From assembly GCA_963665915.2 (NCBI GenBank), contig CAXXSG010000011.1:68979-132978 (forward strand): a DNA stretch of 64,000 bases, in the 5' to 3' direction. Of the stretch, positions 9,001-17,224 are shown piece after piece. This DNA is from Desulfuromonadales bacterium. GTDB lineage: Bacteria; Desulfobacterota; Desulfuromonadia; Desulfuromonadales; JAAYDE01. The notes under the pieces are model-generated. The model saw nothing but the letters and a program-made list of their open reading frames with translations, did not search any database and was not told the DNA's origin. Each line of letters begins with the position of its first letter. Positions within the stretch are counted from its first letter, which is position 1. The position numbers were made by a program, and so were the translations under genes.

Positions 9001-9612
9001 ATGAGGTTTGTCCGGGGCGCTCCCGAAGCCGATTTTGATGCCGAGATCAGCCTCGGAATCAACGTCGTTGATAGCGACGGAATTGTTTACTCAGCCAATC
9101 CGGCCCGCTTCGGTCTCCCAACTCTGGGTTTCGGCATGGCTTTCGACAATGGCAAGGAGATGCGTTACGGCAGGCTGGTCCTGGAAAATGCCTACGGCTC
9201 GGAACTGCTCAACCTTCCGGTCTCTGCCTCAATACAATACTTTGACGGCAGCGGTTTTGTCACCAACACGGATGACAGCTGTACGGCCTGGGATACGGGA
9301 CTGCTGACGCTGACCAGCGCGGAAGAATCGGTGGCCGGTGCGGGCCCCATACGCGTCAAAGGGACGGTCGACACCACAGCGACTTTGTCGCCGGCCCTTT
9401 TTAGCAACGGCCTTGCAAACCTGCTTTTTTCCGCGCCCGGCAGCGGCGGGGATGGCTGGGTGGATATCGACCTTGAGCTCGGAGGTCTGAGCTGGCTTAG
9501 GTTCGACTGGGACGGGAACGGATTTCATGACAACAACCCCGCCTCGCGGGCGACCTTCGGCATTTTTAAAAGCAACCCGCGCCTCATCTACCAGCGTGAA
9601 TCCGTAAATTAA
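6004..9612 (+). CDS. mshQ: Large secreted MshQ-like pilus-associated protein with a LamG/concanavalin-like lectin domain
   Basis: 1202 aa with an N-terminal signal peptide (LLVVLAVALVPTLSRAE). The central segment (...LDGIISSATTQ...LTVSLWFNA...WYHVSIVY...IDEVRVYSSALSQSQI) has the pattern typical of LamG domains. It is the last gene of the pilus block, as in MSHA loci. Confidence 0.65.
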   Translation: MDIRKSTFLVLLLVVLAVALVPTLSRAETVRDEFNNVSYDNNDGTNNWSGPWHESGDDDDVSRGDVRVTQGPDHSRYVMMFRDNNRGAYRRADLSGAASATLSYSYFRDHLDRSSDYVAVFVSGDGGGHWTELTRHSGPDNDSGYVAVSYDISAYISNNTVIAFDSSSSLGNDDRVYFDDVQILYTTTNRHFAIAHDGMGDNCNPEPVTIAAHDASHNVDSGFTGSVDLSTSTGHGSWSVISGNGTLSDSGGGNAAYTFVAADNGTVTLGLRDSADETVNVDISDGTLTEEASEDPDLVFFTTGVECLPVGDWRMENDPWGLTAIDSSGNGLDGIISSATTQEDTDPALGGTPGTCQYAGFNGTVQSMVEIAHNSLLAIPEELTVSLWFNAKTLPSAGSLSSILSKDENYEFHIDGSREIYWWWNSTSGAAHTYTTNGANIQANQWYHVSIVYSRSTADQVIYLNGVPFPKQEAGADRDDLMMDSGDPLQIGQDMAFSGREFDGFIDEVRVYSSALSQSQIQAVMNATHPCSLFSVDLDHYRIEHDGQGLTCQPEEVTVRACLNADCTDEYANPVDVTLSPGGWVGGDVQTINGGSGVLYLRHTQAESVSLGVSSSAPAATNPTECFVSGVVGSCDVLFHATGFVFQVPDFESCQGTTVTMRAVQLDDTTQACTALEGFGTQTKAVSFWSGYSNPATGSRSVQVNGSSVAVSSPGTAITLTFDTAASTELAINYNDAGQAQLDARYLGSGDDAGLELVGSDTFISYPNRLNVEVTSDGSTSLNNMGSSGDPHWPSGEDFQVKVSGVCQDGSVTTNFAWPTTLTAITPFAPASGTLGSMSNGSIALTDFSSGSSTVTDAQYSEVGNFTLQANAVNYLAPGIDIQGDGGVVGRFTPHHFEVSTNTPMFGTACSGGNFTYIGQVFDYTTKPVLTVSARNKQNFTTRNYTGAWWKITDGSLSGKQYNVISGTLDLSLVPSPDPVIAENPGTGAGTLAFSSGGGMRFVRGAPEADFDAEISLGINVVDSDGIVYSANPARFGLPTLGFGMAFDNGKEMRYGRLVLENAYGSELLNLPVSASIQYFDGSGFVTNTDDSCTAWDTGLLTLTSAEESVAGAGPIRVKGTVDTTATLSPALFSNGLANLLFSAPGSGGDGWVDIDLELGGLSWLRFDWDGNGFHDNNPASRATFGIFKSNPRLIYQRESVN

Positions 9613-9707
9613 AATAAAAGTTACTGTTCAGCACAATGGTTGCTGCGAGGCCATTAGCCAAGGCAGTGAATAATTACAACTAAAAGAGTGTCGCCTGCGG
9701 CTTCGGA

Positions 9708-10895
9708 TCAAATCAGAGCAAGCTCTTTGGCCAGCTCTTCCCATGCCGGCAGGCTGCGCTCGATCATATCCTTTTCCATGCAGTAAGCGATTCTGAAAAA
9801 ACCGGGGGCGCCGAAACCGGCTCCGGGAACCAACAGAATGCGGTGTTTCTGAGCGACCCGAACAAATTCCACGTCATCTTCCAGCGGAGACCTGGGAAAG
9901 AGGTAAAAAGCCCCATCCGGTTTGATCATCCGGAAGCCGAGGGCCGTGAGCTTGTTGTAAAGAATATCCCGCTTTTCCTGATATTTTGCGACATCAACCG
10001 ATTCGTGCTGAAGTCCCGTCACCAGCCTCTGGATGAGAGCCGGGGCGTTGACAAAGCCGAGAATGCGATTGCAGAAAACTGTACCCTCAAGGAATTTTTC
10101 CACCCCGCTCATTTCGGGGCTGGCGGCCAGATAGCCGATCCGCTCTCCGGGGAGGGCGAGGTCCTTGGAGTGGGATGTGACGATGACGGCATTCCGCACG
10201 CAGTCGAACAGAGAGGGCACTTCCCGCTTGTCGTAGGCAATCCCCGCATAAGGTTCATCTGAAATCACAAAGATGGTTTGTCCCAGTTCCTTTTCTTTTC
10301 GTGCGACCAGAGCGCCCAGCTTTTCCAGTGTTTCCCTGGGATAAATGACCCCCGTGGGGTTGTTGGGCGAGTTGATGATGATCGCCCGGGTCCGGGTCGT
10401 GATGGTCGCTTCGATGGCGGCCAGATCCGGCTGAAAGGTCTCCATGTCCGTGTTGACCACTCGGGAAAGCCCGCCGTGGTTATCGATATAGAAGCGGTAC
10501 TCTACGAAAAAGGGGCTGAGAATGATGACCTCTTCTCCCGGATTGAGGATGGTTTTGAGGACTACGTTCAGAGCGCCTCCCGCTCCGCAGGTCATGACCA
10601 CATGCTGTGCTGAAACCTTTTTAGACGAACGTTCGGAAAGAACTTCCGCCACCGCCCGACGGGTCTCTTCGTAACCGGCGTTGCTCATGTAGCGGTGACT
10701 TCCCTGCACCTGGTCTTCCGCCAACCTCTTGAGCTCTCGTCGAAATGCTTCAGGGGGCTCAACCGCTGGATTTCCTAGGGTAAAATCAAAAACGTTTTTC
10801 TCCCCGTGAATTTTCCTCAGGGCTGCCCCTTCCTCGAACATTTTTCGTATCCAGGACGCTTTTTCCAGATAATTTTGGATTTTGTCGGCGATCAT
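9708..10895 (-). CDS. Class I/II pyridoxal-phosphate-dependent aminotransferase (aspartate/aromatic type)
   Basis: 395 aa. SHSKDLALPGERIGY matches the S-x-S-K...G-x-R-x-GY PLP-lysine motif, and NPTG is present. It is divergent from pheA. Confidence 0.8.
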   Translation of the reverse strand: MIADKIQNYLEKASWIRKMFEEGAALRKIHGEKNVFDFTLGNPAVEPPEAFRRELKRLAEDQVQGSHRYMSNAGYEETRRAVAEVLSERSSKKVSAQHVVMTCGAGGALNVVLKTILNPGEEVIILSPFFVEYRFYIDNHGGLSRVVNTDMETFQPDLAAIEATITTRTRAIIINSPNNPTGVIYPRETLEKLGALVARKEKELGQTIFVISDEPYAGIAYDKREVPSLFDCVRNAVIVTSHSKDLALPGERIGYLAASPEMSGVEKFLEGTVFCNRILGFVNAPALIQRLVTGLQHESVDVAKYQEKRDILYNKLTALGFRMIKPDGAFYLFPRSPLEDDVEFVRVAQKHRILLVPGAGFGAPGFFRIAYCMEKDMIERSLPAWEELAKELALI

Positions 10896-11129
10896 ATTTT
10901 CGGCTCCTCATTCTGTTTTCTTTGTATCATTTGATGGATTCTGAGTTTAAACAGGCTTTAATTGCGGGTCAAGAATAAAGCCAGGGAACCCATCAACCAA
11001 ACAAGCAGCCGCATGGCCCTCTTTGGACAGATTTTCAAATGTTGTTTTATTTCCCGAAATTTCTTTGATATATTGAATTTTCCTGAAAGCCTTCACATAT
11101 TTCAGCCGGTCAATTGAGAGGATAGTATT

Positions 11130-12212
11130 TTGGAAGAAAAAACTCTGGACGAATTGCGCAATGAGATCGATGCTATTGACGATCAGATACTCGACTGTCT
11201 GAACCAACGGGCGGCGCTGGTTATCGAGGTGGGCCAGTTTAAGGCGAAGAAAAACCAAGAGTTTTTTGTTCCGAGTCGCGAGCGTGCCATTTATGATCGA
11301 TTATCCACCGGCAACGAAGGACCTTTTCCCAACAGCGGTATTCGCAGCGTCTACCGTGAGATCATTTCCGCCTCCCTTTCCCTGGAGCACCCCCTGAGCG
11401 TGGCCTATCTCGGACCCAAGGCCACCTTTACCCAGATGGCTGCTATCCGCCAATTCGGGCTTTCAGCCCGCCTGGTGCCGGTTAAAAGTGTTTCGGCTGT
11501 TTTTGATGAAGTTTTGCGGGGGAGGGCGCAATACGGTGTGGTGCCGGTGGAAAACTCCAATGAGGGAATCGTATCCCATACCCTGGATATGTTTCTCGAG
11601 TCTGATCTGAAAATATACGCGGAAATACATGTGGAGATTTCCCAGACCCTGCTTTCTCTTTCGGGCCACATGGAAGATATCAAAAAGATCTGCTCTCACC
11701 CGGTCGCACTTGCCCAATGCCGGAAATGGCTGGAGGAAAATCTTCCGGATATTCCTCAGGTGGATGTTTCGAGTACGGCTCATGCGGCGCAGATGGCGGC
11801 GGAGGACGGATCTACCGCAGCTCTGGCCAGTGAAGTCGCAGCCACTTTATACGGGCTCCGGATCGTCAAAAAGAAGATCGAGGACAACCCCAACAATTTC
11901 ACCCGTTTTCTGGTGATCAGCAAGACGACACCCGAGCCGAGCGGTGCGGACAAGACCAGCCTGATGTTCAGCGTTCGTGATGAACCGGGGATACTGTGCC
12001 GGATGCTGGAGCCGTTCAGTAAACGTCAGATCAACCTCACCAAGATTGAAAGCCGGCCGATCAAGAAAAAAGCTTGGGAGTATGTCTTTTTCCTTGATAT
12101 TGAAGGGCATATCAGCCAAGCGACTATCCAGGAGGCGGTCGAGGAGTTGGGTACTCATTGTCAGTTCGTTAAAATGCTTGGATCTTATCCCAAGTCTGGA
12201 AAAGAACACTGA
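11130..12212 (+). CDS. pheA: Bifunctional chorismate mutase / prephenate dehydratase (P-protein)
   Basis: 360 aa. N-terminal CM_2 helix (LDELRNEIDAIDDQILDCLNQRAALV), a PDT domain (VAYLGPKATFTQ...TRFLVI) and a C-terminal ACT domain (SRPIKKKAWEYVFFLDIEGH). TTG start. Confidence 0.9.
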   Translation: MEEKTLDELRNEIDAIDDQILDCLNQRAALVIEVGQFKAKKNQEFFVPSRERAIYDRLSTGNEGPFPNSGIRSVYREIISASLSLEHPLSVAYLGPKATFTQMAAIRQFGLSARLVPVKSVSAVFDEVLRGRAQYGVVPVENSNEGIVSHTLDMFLESDLKIYAEIHVEISQTLLSLSGHMEDIKKICSHPVALAQCRKWLEENLPDIPQVDVSSTAHAAQMAAEDGSTAALASEVAATLYGLRIVKKKIEDNPNNFTRFLVISKTTPEPSGADKTSLMFSVRDEPGILCRMLEPFSKRQINLTKIESRPIKKKAWEYVFFLDIEGHISQATIQEAVEELGTHCQFVKMLGSYPKSGKEH

Positions 12213-12314
12213 GTTAACGGTTTCGAGGATTTTACCTGCTTCGCTTTTTACGACCTGATCATGTGGTGCGATATCGCCCTGACTAACCGTGATGCTATTG
12301 TAACCCGGATAATT
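12213..12314 (+). pseudogene. tyrA: Relic of a prephenate dehydrogenase (tyrA) gene; only about 30-35 recognisable codons, with no start
   Basis: The frame after the pheA stop reads VNGFEDFTCFAFYDLIMWCDIALTNRDAIVTRIIREDF. This resembles the conserved GFRDFTRIA-SDP-MWRDI-L-NR motif of prephenate dehydrogenases, with substitutions at conserved Arg positions. The rest of the gene is absent. Confidence 0.6.
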
Positions 12315-12375
12315 CGTGAAGACTTCTGCTGTAACCGGAAATTCACAACAGTTTTATCCCAGAAAAGGACCATCT

Positions 12376-13668
12376 ATGGACCGTATTGAAATCTCCGCCC
12401 CGCAAAAGGGCCTGAAAGGGGAGATCGCCATCCCCGGAGATAAATCCATTTCCCATCGTTCTGTCATTTTTTCCTCCATTGCCGAGGGCAAGTCGCTGGT
12501 GAGTAATTTTCTGCCGGGGGAGGACAACTTCCGTACGGTGGGTGCCTTTCGCAGGATGGGTGTCCGGATCGAAGAGAAGGGCGACGGCATTCTCGAAATC
12601 CATGGACTCGGGCTGAACGGGCTGAAAGAGCCGGACGATGTTATCGACTGCGGCAACTCGGGAACCACCATCCGGCTTCTGAGCGGCCTTCTTGCGGCCC
12701 AATCCTTTTTTTCGGTTCTGACCGGGGACCAGTATCTTCGCAAGCGCCCCATGAGGCGGGTGATCAAACCGTTGAGCGCCATGGGTGCGCGGATCTGGGG
12801 GCGGGCGCAAGGGGAACTTCCGCCCTTGGCCATCTCCGGCGGCTCCGTACAGGCGACCCGCTATGATTCCCCCATTGCCAGTGCCCAAGTGAAATCCGCC
12901 GTTATTCTGGCCGGGCTCTATGCCGAGGGGGAAACTTCGGTATTCGAACCTTTTCCGTCCCGGGACCACACGGAACGAATGCTCTCCTATTTCGGGGCGG
13001 AGGTCAAACCTAGGGACGGGGGGGTGTCGGTTGTCGGGAAACCAGTCCTGGAAAGCCGGGAAGTTGTGGTGCCCGGGGATATTTCTTCGGCCGCTTTTTT
13101 CATGGTCGCCGGCCTGATTGTTCCGGGGTCCGAGCTGCTCATCAAAAACGTCGGGATCAACCCGACCCGCAACGGCATTCTCGAGGTCCTGCGCAGCATG
13201 GGAGGAAGTTTGGAAACCCTCAACCAGCGGGATGCCGCTGGAGAGCCCGTTGCCGACATCCTGGTGAAAAGCAGTTGTTTGCGGGGGGTCGAAATCGGCG
13301 GTTCCATGATCCCGCGTCTGATTGATGAGATCCCGGTGCTCAGCATCGCCGCGGCCTTTGCCGAGGGAACCACAATCGTTCGGGATGCCGCCGAACTGCG
13401 GGTCAAGGAGACCGACCGCATCGCGGCGGTTACTTCTGAACTCAGGAAACTGGGGGCCGAGGTGGAAGATTTCGAAGATGGATTGGCTGTGATCGGGCAG
13501 GAGAGACTGAAAGGTGGCGCGGTTTATTCTTACGGAGATCACCGGATTGCCATGAGCATGGCGGTGGCGGCTCTGGGTGCCGGATCTCCTGTGAAAATTG
13601 AAGACATCGGTTGTACGGCCACGTCGTTTCCTGGCTTCTGGAAGGTTCTGGCGGATATTGCAAGCTGA
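12376..13668 (+). CDS. aroA: 3-phosphoshikimate 1-carboxyvinyltransferase (EPSP synthase)
   Basis: Starts MDRIEISAPQKGLKGEIAIPGDKSISHR. Contains LGNSGTT-like CGNSGTTIRLL and RVKETDRI motifs. ATG 12376 is preferred over the track start 12316, which runs into the tyrA relic. Confidence 0.9.
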   Translation: MDRIEISAPQKGLKGEIAIPGDKSISHRSVIFSSIAEGKSLVSNFLPGEDNFRTVGAFRRMGVRIEEKGDGILEIHGLGLNGLKEPDDVIDCGNSGTTIRLLSGLLAAQSFFSVLTGDQYLRKRPMRRVIKPLSAMGARIWGRAQGELPPLAISGGSVQATRYDSPIASAQVKSAVILAGLYAEGETSVFEPFPSRDHTERMLSYFGAEVKPRDGGVSVVGKPVLESREVVVPGDISSAAFFMVAGLIVPGSELLIKNVGINPTRNGILEVLRSMGGSLETLNQRDAAGEPVADILVKSSCLRGVEIGGSMIPRLIDEIPVLSIAAAFAEGTTIVRDAAELRVKETDRIAAVTSELRKLGAEVEDFEDGLAVIGQERLKGGAVYSYGDHRIAMSMAVAALGAGSPVKIEDIGCTATSFPGFWKVLADIAS

Positions 13669-13739
13669 CCGATATCTGCCGGTTGCTCTCCGAATTGGGA
13701 GAAAAGAACAGGAACAATGAGCTGCATAAAGGAGATTTT

Positions 13740-14459
13740 TTGCAAAAAGGACTGATCATTACAATCGACGGGCCGAGCGGGGTGGGCAAAAGCACTTTGA
13801 GCCGCCTGCTCGCTGAAAAGCTGGGATATATCAGTATGGATACCGGCGCCATGTACAGGGCTGTTGCCGTGGCCGCGAAGCGGAAGGGCATCGGACCGGA
13901 AGATGGGCCCGGTTTGGATGCGCTGTGCAAAGGTCTGGAAATCCGTTTTTTGCGGCATGAAAAGGGCGAAAGAGTCCTTTTGAACGGGGAGGATGTCACC
14001 CAGGCCATACGTACCCCCGAGATGAGTCTTTTGAGCTCGGCGGTTTCCGCCTGTCGCGAAGTGCGTGTAGCCATGGTTCGTTTGCAGCGAGAGATGGGCG
14101 CCGAAGGGGGCTTTGTTCTCGAGGGGCGGGACACGGGAACAGCTGTTTTCCCCAGCGCCGATATCAAGTTTTTCCTTCTTGCAACGCCCGAGGAGCGGGG
14201 CCGTAGGCGCTATCTGGAATTGACTGAAAAAGGGGTTGATGTCGATCTCAAGCGCACCATGGAGGAAATTGAAGCGCGAGACAAAGCCGACCAGGAACGG
14301 GAACACAGTCCCCTCGTTTGTGCGGATGATGCTGTTCCCCTCGATACTACGAGCCTTTCCATTGAGCAGGTGCTGGGGAAAATGCTGGGCATCGTCCGTG
14401 AGCACCCGACTTTTGGTTCTCGGCCAAACGGAAGCACTTCTGCCGGAGCTTCAACGTGA
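13740..14459 (+). CDS. cmk: Cytidylate kinase
   Basis: IITIDGPSGVGKST P-loop followed by MDTGAMYRA. Probable TTG start at 13740 behind AAAGGAG; the track ORF from 13611 overlaps the aroA end. Confidence 0.85.
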   Translation: MQKGLIITIDGPSGVGKSTLSRLLAEKLGYISMDTGAMYRAVAVAAKRKGIGPEDGPGLDALCKGLEIRFLRHEKGERVLLNGEDVTQAIRTPEMSLLSSAVSACREVRVAMVRLQREMGAEGGFVLEGRDTGTAVFPSADIKFFLLATPEERGRRRYLELTEKGVDVDLKRTMEEIEARDKADQEREHSPLVCADDAVPLDTTSLSIEQVLGKMLGIVREHPTFGSRPNGSTSAGAST

Positions 14460-15307
14460 AGATATTGATTGCAGAAAGCGCGGGTTTTTGTTTCGGCGTC
14501 AAGCGTGCCACCAACCTGGCCATTGACTCCGCATCCCGTACGGAAAACATCTATTCCCTGGGGCCCATTATCCATTCTCCGCAGATGGTTAAAAAACTTG
14601 AAGAAAAAGGGGTGCGGGTGATTCAGAGTGTCGATGAAGTGGATAGTGGCTCGGTCATAATCCGCTCCCATGGTGTTACAGTCCAGGAGCAGGAGCAGAT
14701 AGCCTGCCGCCATATTGGAATAGTGGATGCGACTTGCCCCTTTGTCAAAAAAGCCCAGCAACATGCGGAACTTTTGAGCTCCAAGGGGTATACTCTCGTG
14801 CTGGTCGGGGAGAAGGAACACCCGGAAGTGAAAGGGATCGTTTCTTACGCTGTTCACGGGGAGGTTTTCATCGTAGCCGATGCATCCGAAGCGGAAAAAC
14901 TCCCCCAGGTCAAAAGGCTGGGCGTCGTGGCACAGACAACCCAGGCGTATGAAAATTTCAGTCGGATCGTCGCGGTTTGTCTCGAAAAGTGTGACGAACT
15001 CAGGGTTTTCAAGACGATCTGTGACGCCACATCGGTGCGCCAGAACGAAGCCCGGGAGATTGCCCGCCGGTCGGACCTCATGCTCGTAATCGGTGGTTTC
15101 AATAGTGCCAACACCTCTCGCCTGGCGACAATCTGCCGGGAGATAATACCTAGAACCTATCACATTGAGACGGCCGAAGAGATCGATTTAGAATGGTTTG
15201 AGGGGGTTGAAACAGCCGGAATTACCGCCGGGGCATCCACCCCCCATTGGGTCATCGACGAGGTCGTTGAAAGGGTAAAAAACCTCGGCCAGAAGGGGGA
15301 TAATTAA
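14456..15307 (+). CDS. ispH: 4-hydroxy-3-methylbut-2-enyl diphosphate reductase
   Basis: 283 aa; MKILIAESAGFCFGVKRA N-terminus and conserved Cys residues (CPFV, ICDAT). GTGA overlap with cmk. Confidence 0.9.
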   Translation: MKILIAESAGFCFGVKRATNLAIDSASRTENIYSLGPIIHSPQMVKKLEEKGVRVIQSVDEVDSGSVIIRSHGVTVQEQEQIACRHIGIVDATCPFVKKAQQHAELLSSKGYTLVLVGEKEHPEVKGIVSYAVHGEVFIVADASEAEKLPQVKRLGVVAQTTQAYENFSRIVAVCLEKCDELRVFKTICDATSVRQNEAREIARRSDLMLVIGGFNSANTSRLATICREIIPRTYHIETAEEIDLEWFEGVETAGITAGASTPHWVIDEVVERVKNLGQKGDN

Positions 15308-15406
15308 TTTGTTTTTTATTATCTGTTATGTTATCGTCCCAAATTATGGCGGAGGAGCCAAACTGTCGCCCAGGTGACAGGAATATTGCTAGGGGGTCAC
15401 ATCTTA

Positions 15407-17155
15407 ATGGTGGAAAATAACGATTCAATTAACAACGAGGACAACTCCGATCTCAATGAAGAGGATAACGAGTTTGGAGAAATGGAAGAAAGTTTTGCCG
15501 ATCTTTTTGAGAGCAGTCTGAAAGAGCTTGTTCCAGGTAATGTGGTTAAGGGAATGATCGTCCAGGTCAATGACGACTCGGTTGTGGTCGATGTTGGTGG
15601 AAAGTCGGAAGGCTTGATTCCCATTCATGAATTCCGGGATGAAAAAGGTCAGTTGGCTGCCGAACTTTGTGTCGGCGATACCTTTGATGTCTTTATTGAA
15701 AGTACCGAAAATGAAAACGGTCTGATCAGTCTTTCCAAATCCAAGGCCGACCGTCAGAAGGTTTGGAATGCTCTCGAGGAAGACACGGTCGTTGAAGGTC
15801 GGATTATCAACCGGGTCAAGGGTGGCCTTTCCGTTGATATAGGCGTCAATGCGTTTCTGCCCGGTTCTCAGGTGGACCTGCGACCTGTTCGCAACCTAGA
15901 CAAGTTGCTGGGACAGACCTGTGAATTTAAAATTATAAAACTCAACAAGCGCCGCGGCAATATTGTTCTTTCACGCCGGGCTCTGCTGGAAGAAAAGCGC
16001 GACCTCATGCGTCAGGATACCCTCCAGTCTCTTGAGGAGGGGCAGATTATGGAAGGGATCGTCAAGAACCTTACCGACTACGGGGCCTTTATTGATCTCG
16101 GGGGGATTGACGGACTTCTTCATATCACCGATATTTCCTGGGGCCGGGTCAACCATCCCTCCGAAAGGCTTACCGTCGGAGAAAAGATCCAGGTCAAGGT
16201 TCTCAAGTATGATTCCGAAAAAGAACGGGTCTCCCTGGGGCTGAAACAATTGGTTGCCGATCCCTGGCTCGGTGTCCAGGAAAAATACGAGGTGAAAAGC
16301 CGGGTTACAGGAAAAGTTGTCAGCCTTACCGATTACGGGGCATTTATTGAGCTCGAAGAAGGGGTTGAAGGGCTTATCCATGTTTCCGAGATGAGTTGGA
16401 CAAAAAGAGTCAAGAATCCCAGTAAAATTCTCAATCTCGGGGAAGAGGTCGAAGCCGTTGTCCTTGCTCTCGATACCGGCAATCGCAGAATTTCACTGGG
16501 GTTGAAGCAGATCGAGCCCAATCCCTGGGATGTTATCGGCGAGAAGTTCCCTCCCGGCACCATTATCGAAGGGCAGGTCAAGAATATTACTGATTTCGGC
16601 GTTTTTGTCGGCGTGGAAGAGGGCATTGACGGCCTGGTTCACATTTCCGATATTTCCTGGACCAAAAGGGTCAAGCATCCTTCCGAGTTCTTCAAGAAGG
16701 GGGATATGGTCAAGGCGGTTGTGCTGAACATTGACCGGGAAAACGAACGTTTTTCATTGAGCATCAAACATCTGAGCCAGGATCCCTGGAGTACGATCCC
16801 CGAACGTTACAGGCCGGGAACCGGTGTTCGCGGCAAGGTAACTTCCGTGACCGATTTCGGTATTTTCCTGGAGGTCGAGGAAGGGATCGAGGGGCTGATC
16901 CATGTATCGGAAATCAGCAAGGAAAAACTTGATTCGCCCAAGGATTTTGTGGAAGTCGGGAAAGAGCTTGAAGCCGTTGTCCTGAGTGTTGATACCAGTG
17001 ACCGCAAAATTGCACTGTCGATCAAACAGATGGATGACCATAAGGAAAAGGCCAATGTCGAATCCTACCTCGGTTCCCAGAACAATGCCACGTCCAATCT
17101 CGGCATTCTTCTGCAGGGGGCATTGGACAAAGCCAAAGAAGATAACGAAGAATAA
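15407..17155 (+). CDS. rpsA: 30S ribosomal protein S1
   Basis: Six S1 repeats (G-x-V...GAFIDLGG/GVFV..GL-H-S pattern repeated). ATG 15407 behind AGGGGG. Confidence 0.9.
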   Translation: MVENNDSINNEDNSDLNEEDNEFGEMEESFADLFESSLKELVPGNVVKGMIVQVNDDSVVVDVGGKSEGLIPIHEFRDEKGQLAAELCVGDTFDVFIESTENENGLISLSKSKADRQKVWNALEEDTVVEGRIINRVKGGLSVDIGVNAFLPGSQVDLRPVRNLDKLLGQTCEFKIIKLNKRRGNIVLSRRALLEEKRDLMRQDTLQSLEEGQIMEGIVKNLTDYGAFIDLGGIDGLLHITDISWGRVNHPSERLTVGEKIQVKVLKYDSEKERVSLGLKQLVADPWLGVQEKYEVKSRVTGKVVSLTDYGAFIELEEGVEGLIHVSEMSWTKRVKNPSKILNLGEEVEAVVLALDTGNRRISLGLKQIEPNPWDVIGEKFPPGTIIEGQVKNITDFGVFVGVEEGIDGLVHISDISWTKRVKHPSEFFKKGDMVKAVVLNIDRENERFSLSIKHLSQDPWSTIPERYRPGTGVRGKVTSVTDFGIFLEVEEGIEGLIHVSEISKEKLDSPKDFVEVGKELEAVVLSVDTSDRKIALSIKQMDDHKEKANVESYLGSQNNATSNLGILLQGALDKAKEDNEE

Positions 17156-17180
17156 CTTCTCAACATAGTTTGCATCTGTT

Positions 17181-17224
17181 TTCAGGCGGGATTTACACTG
17201 GATACTGTTTAAATCCCGCCTGAA
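17181..17224 (+). terminator. Perfect 15-bp stem hairpin between rpsA and sppA (attenuator or partial terminator)
   Basis: TTCAGGCGGGATTTA (17181-17195) is the exact reverse complement of TAAATCCCGCCTGAA (17210-17224), with a 14-nt loop. There is no T-run, and it abuts the sppA start. Confidence 0.4.

Noticed and set aside
12343-13542. 399-aa minus-strand ORF opposite aroA; similar long antisense ORFs lie at 13539-14405 and 14210-15163, opposite cmk and ispH
   Set aside because: These are shadow frames of well-supported genes. They are Arg/Pro/Gly-rich with no motifs and no plausible start context.
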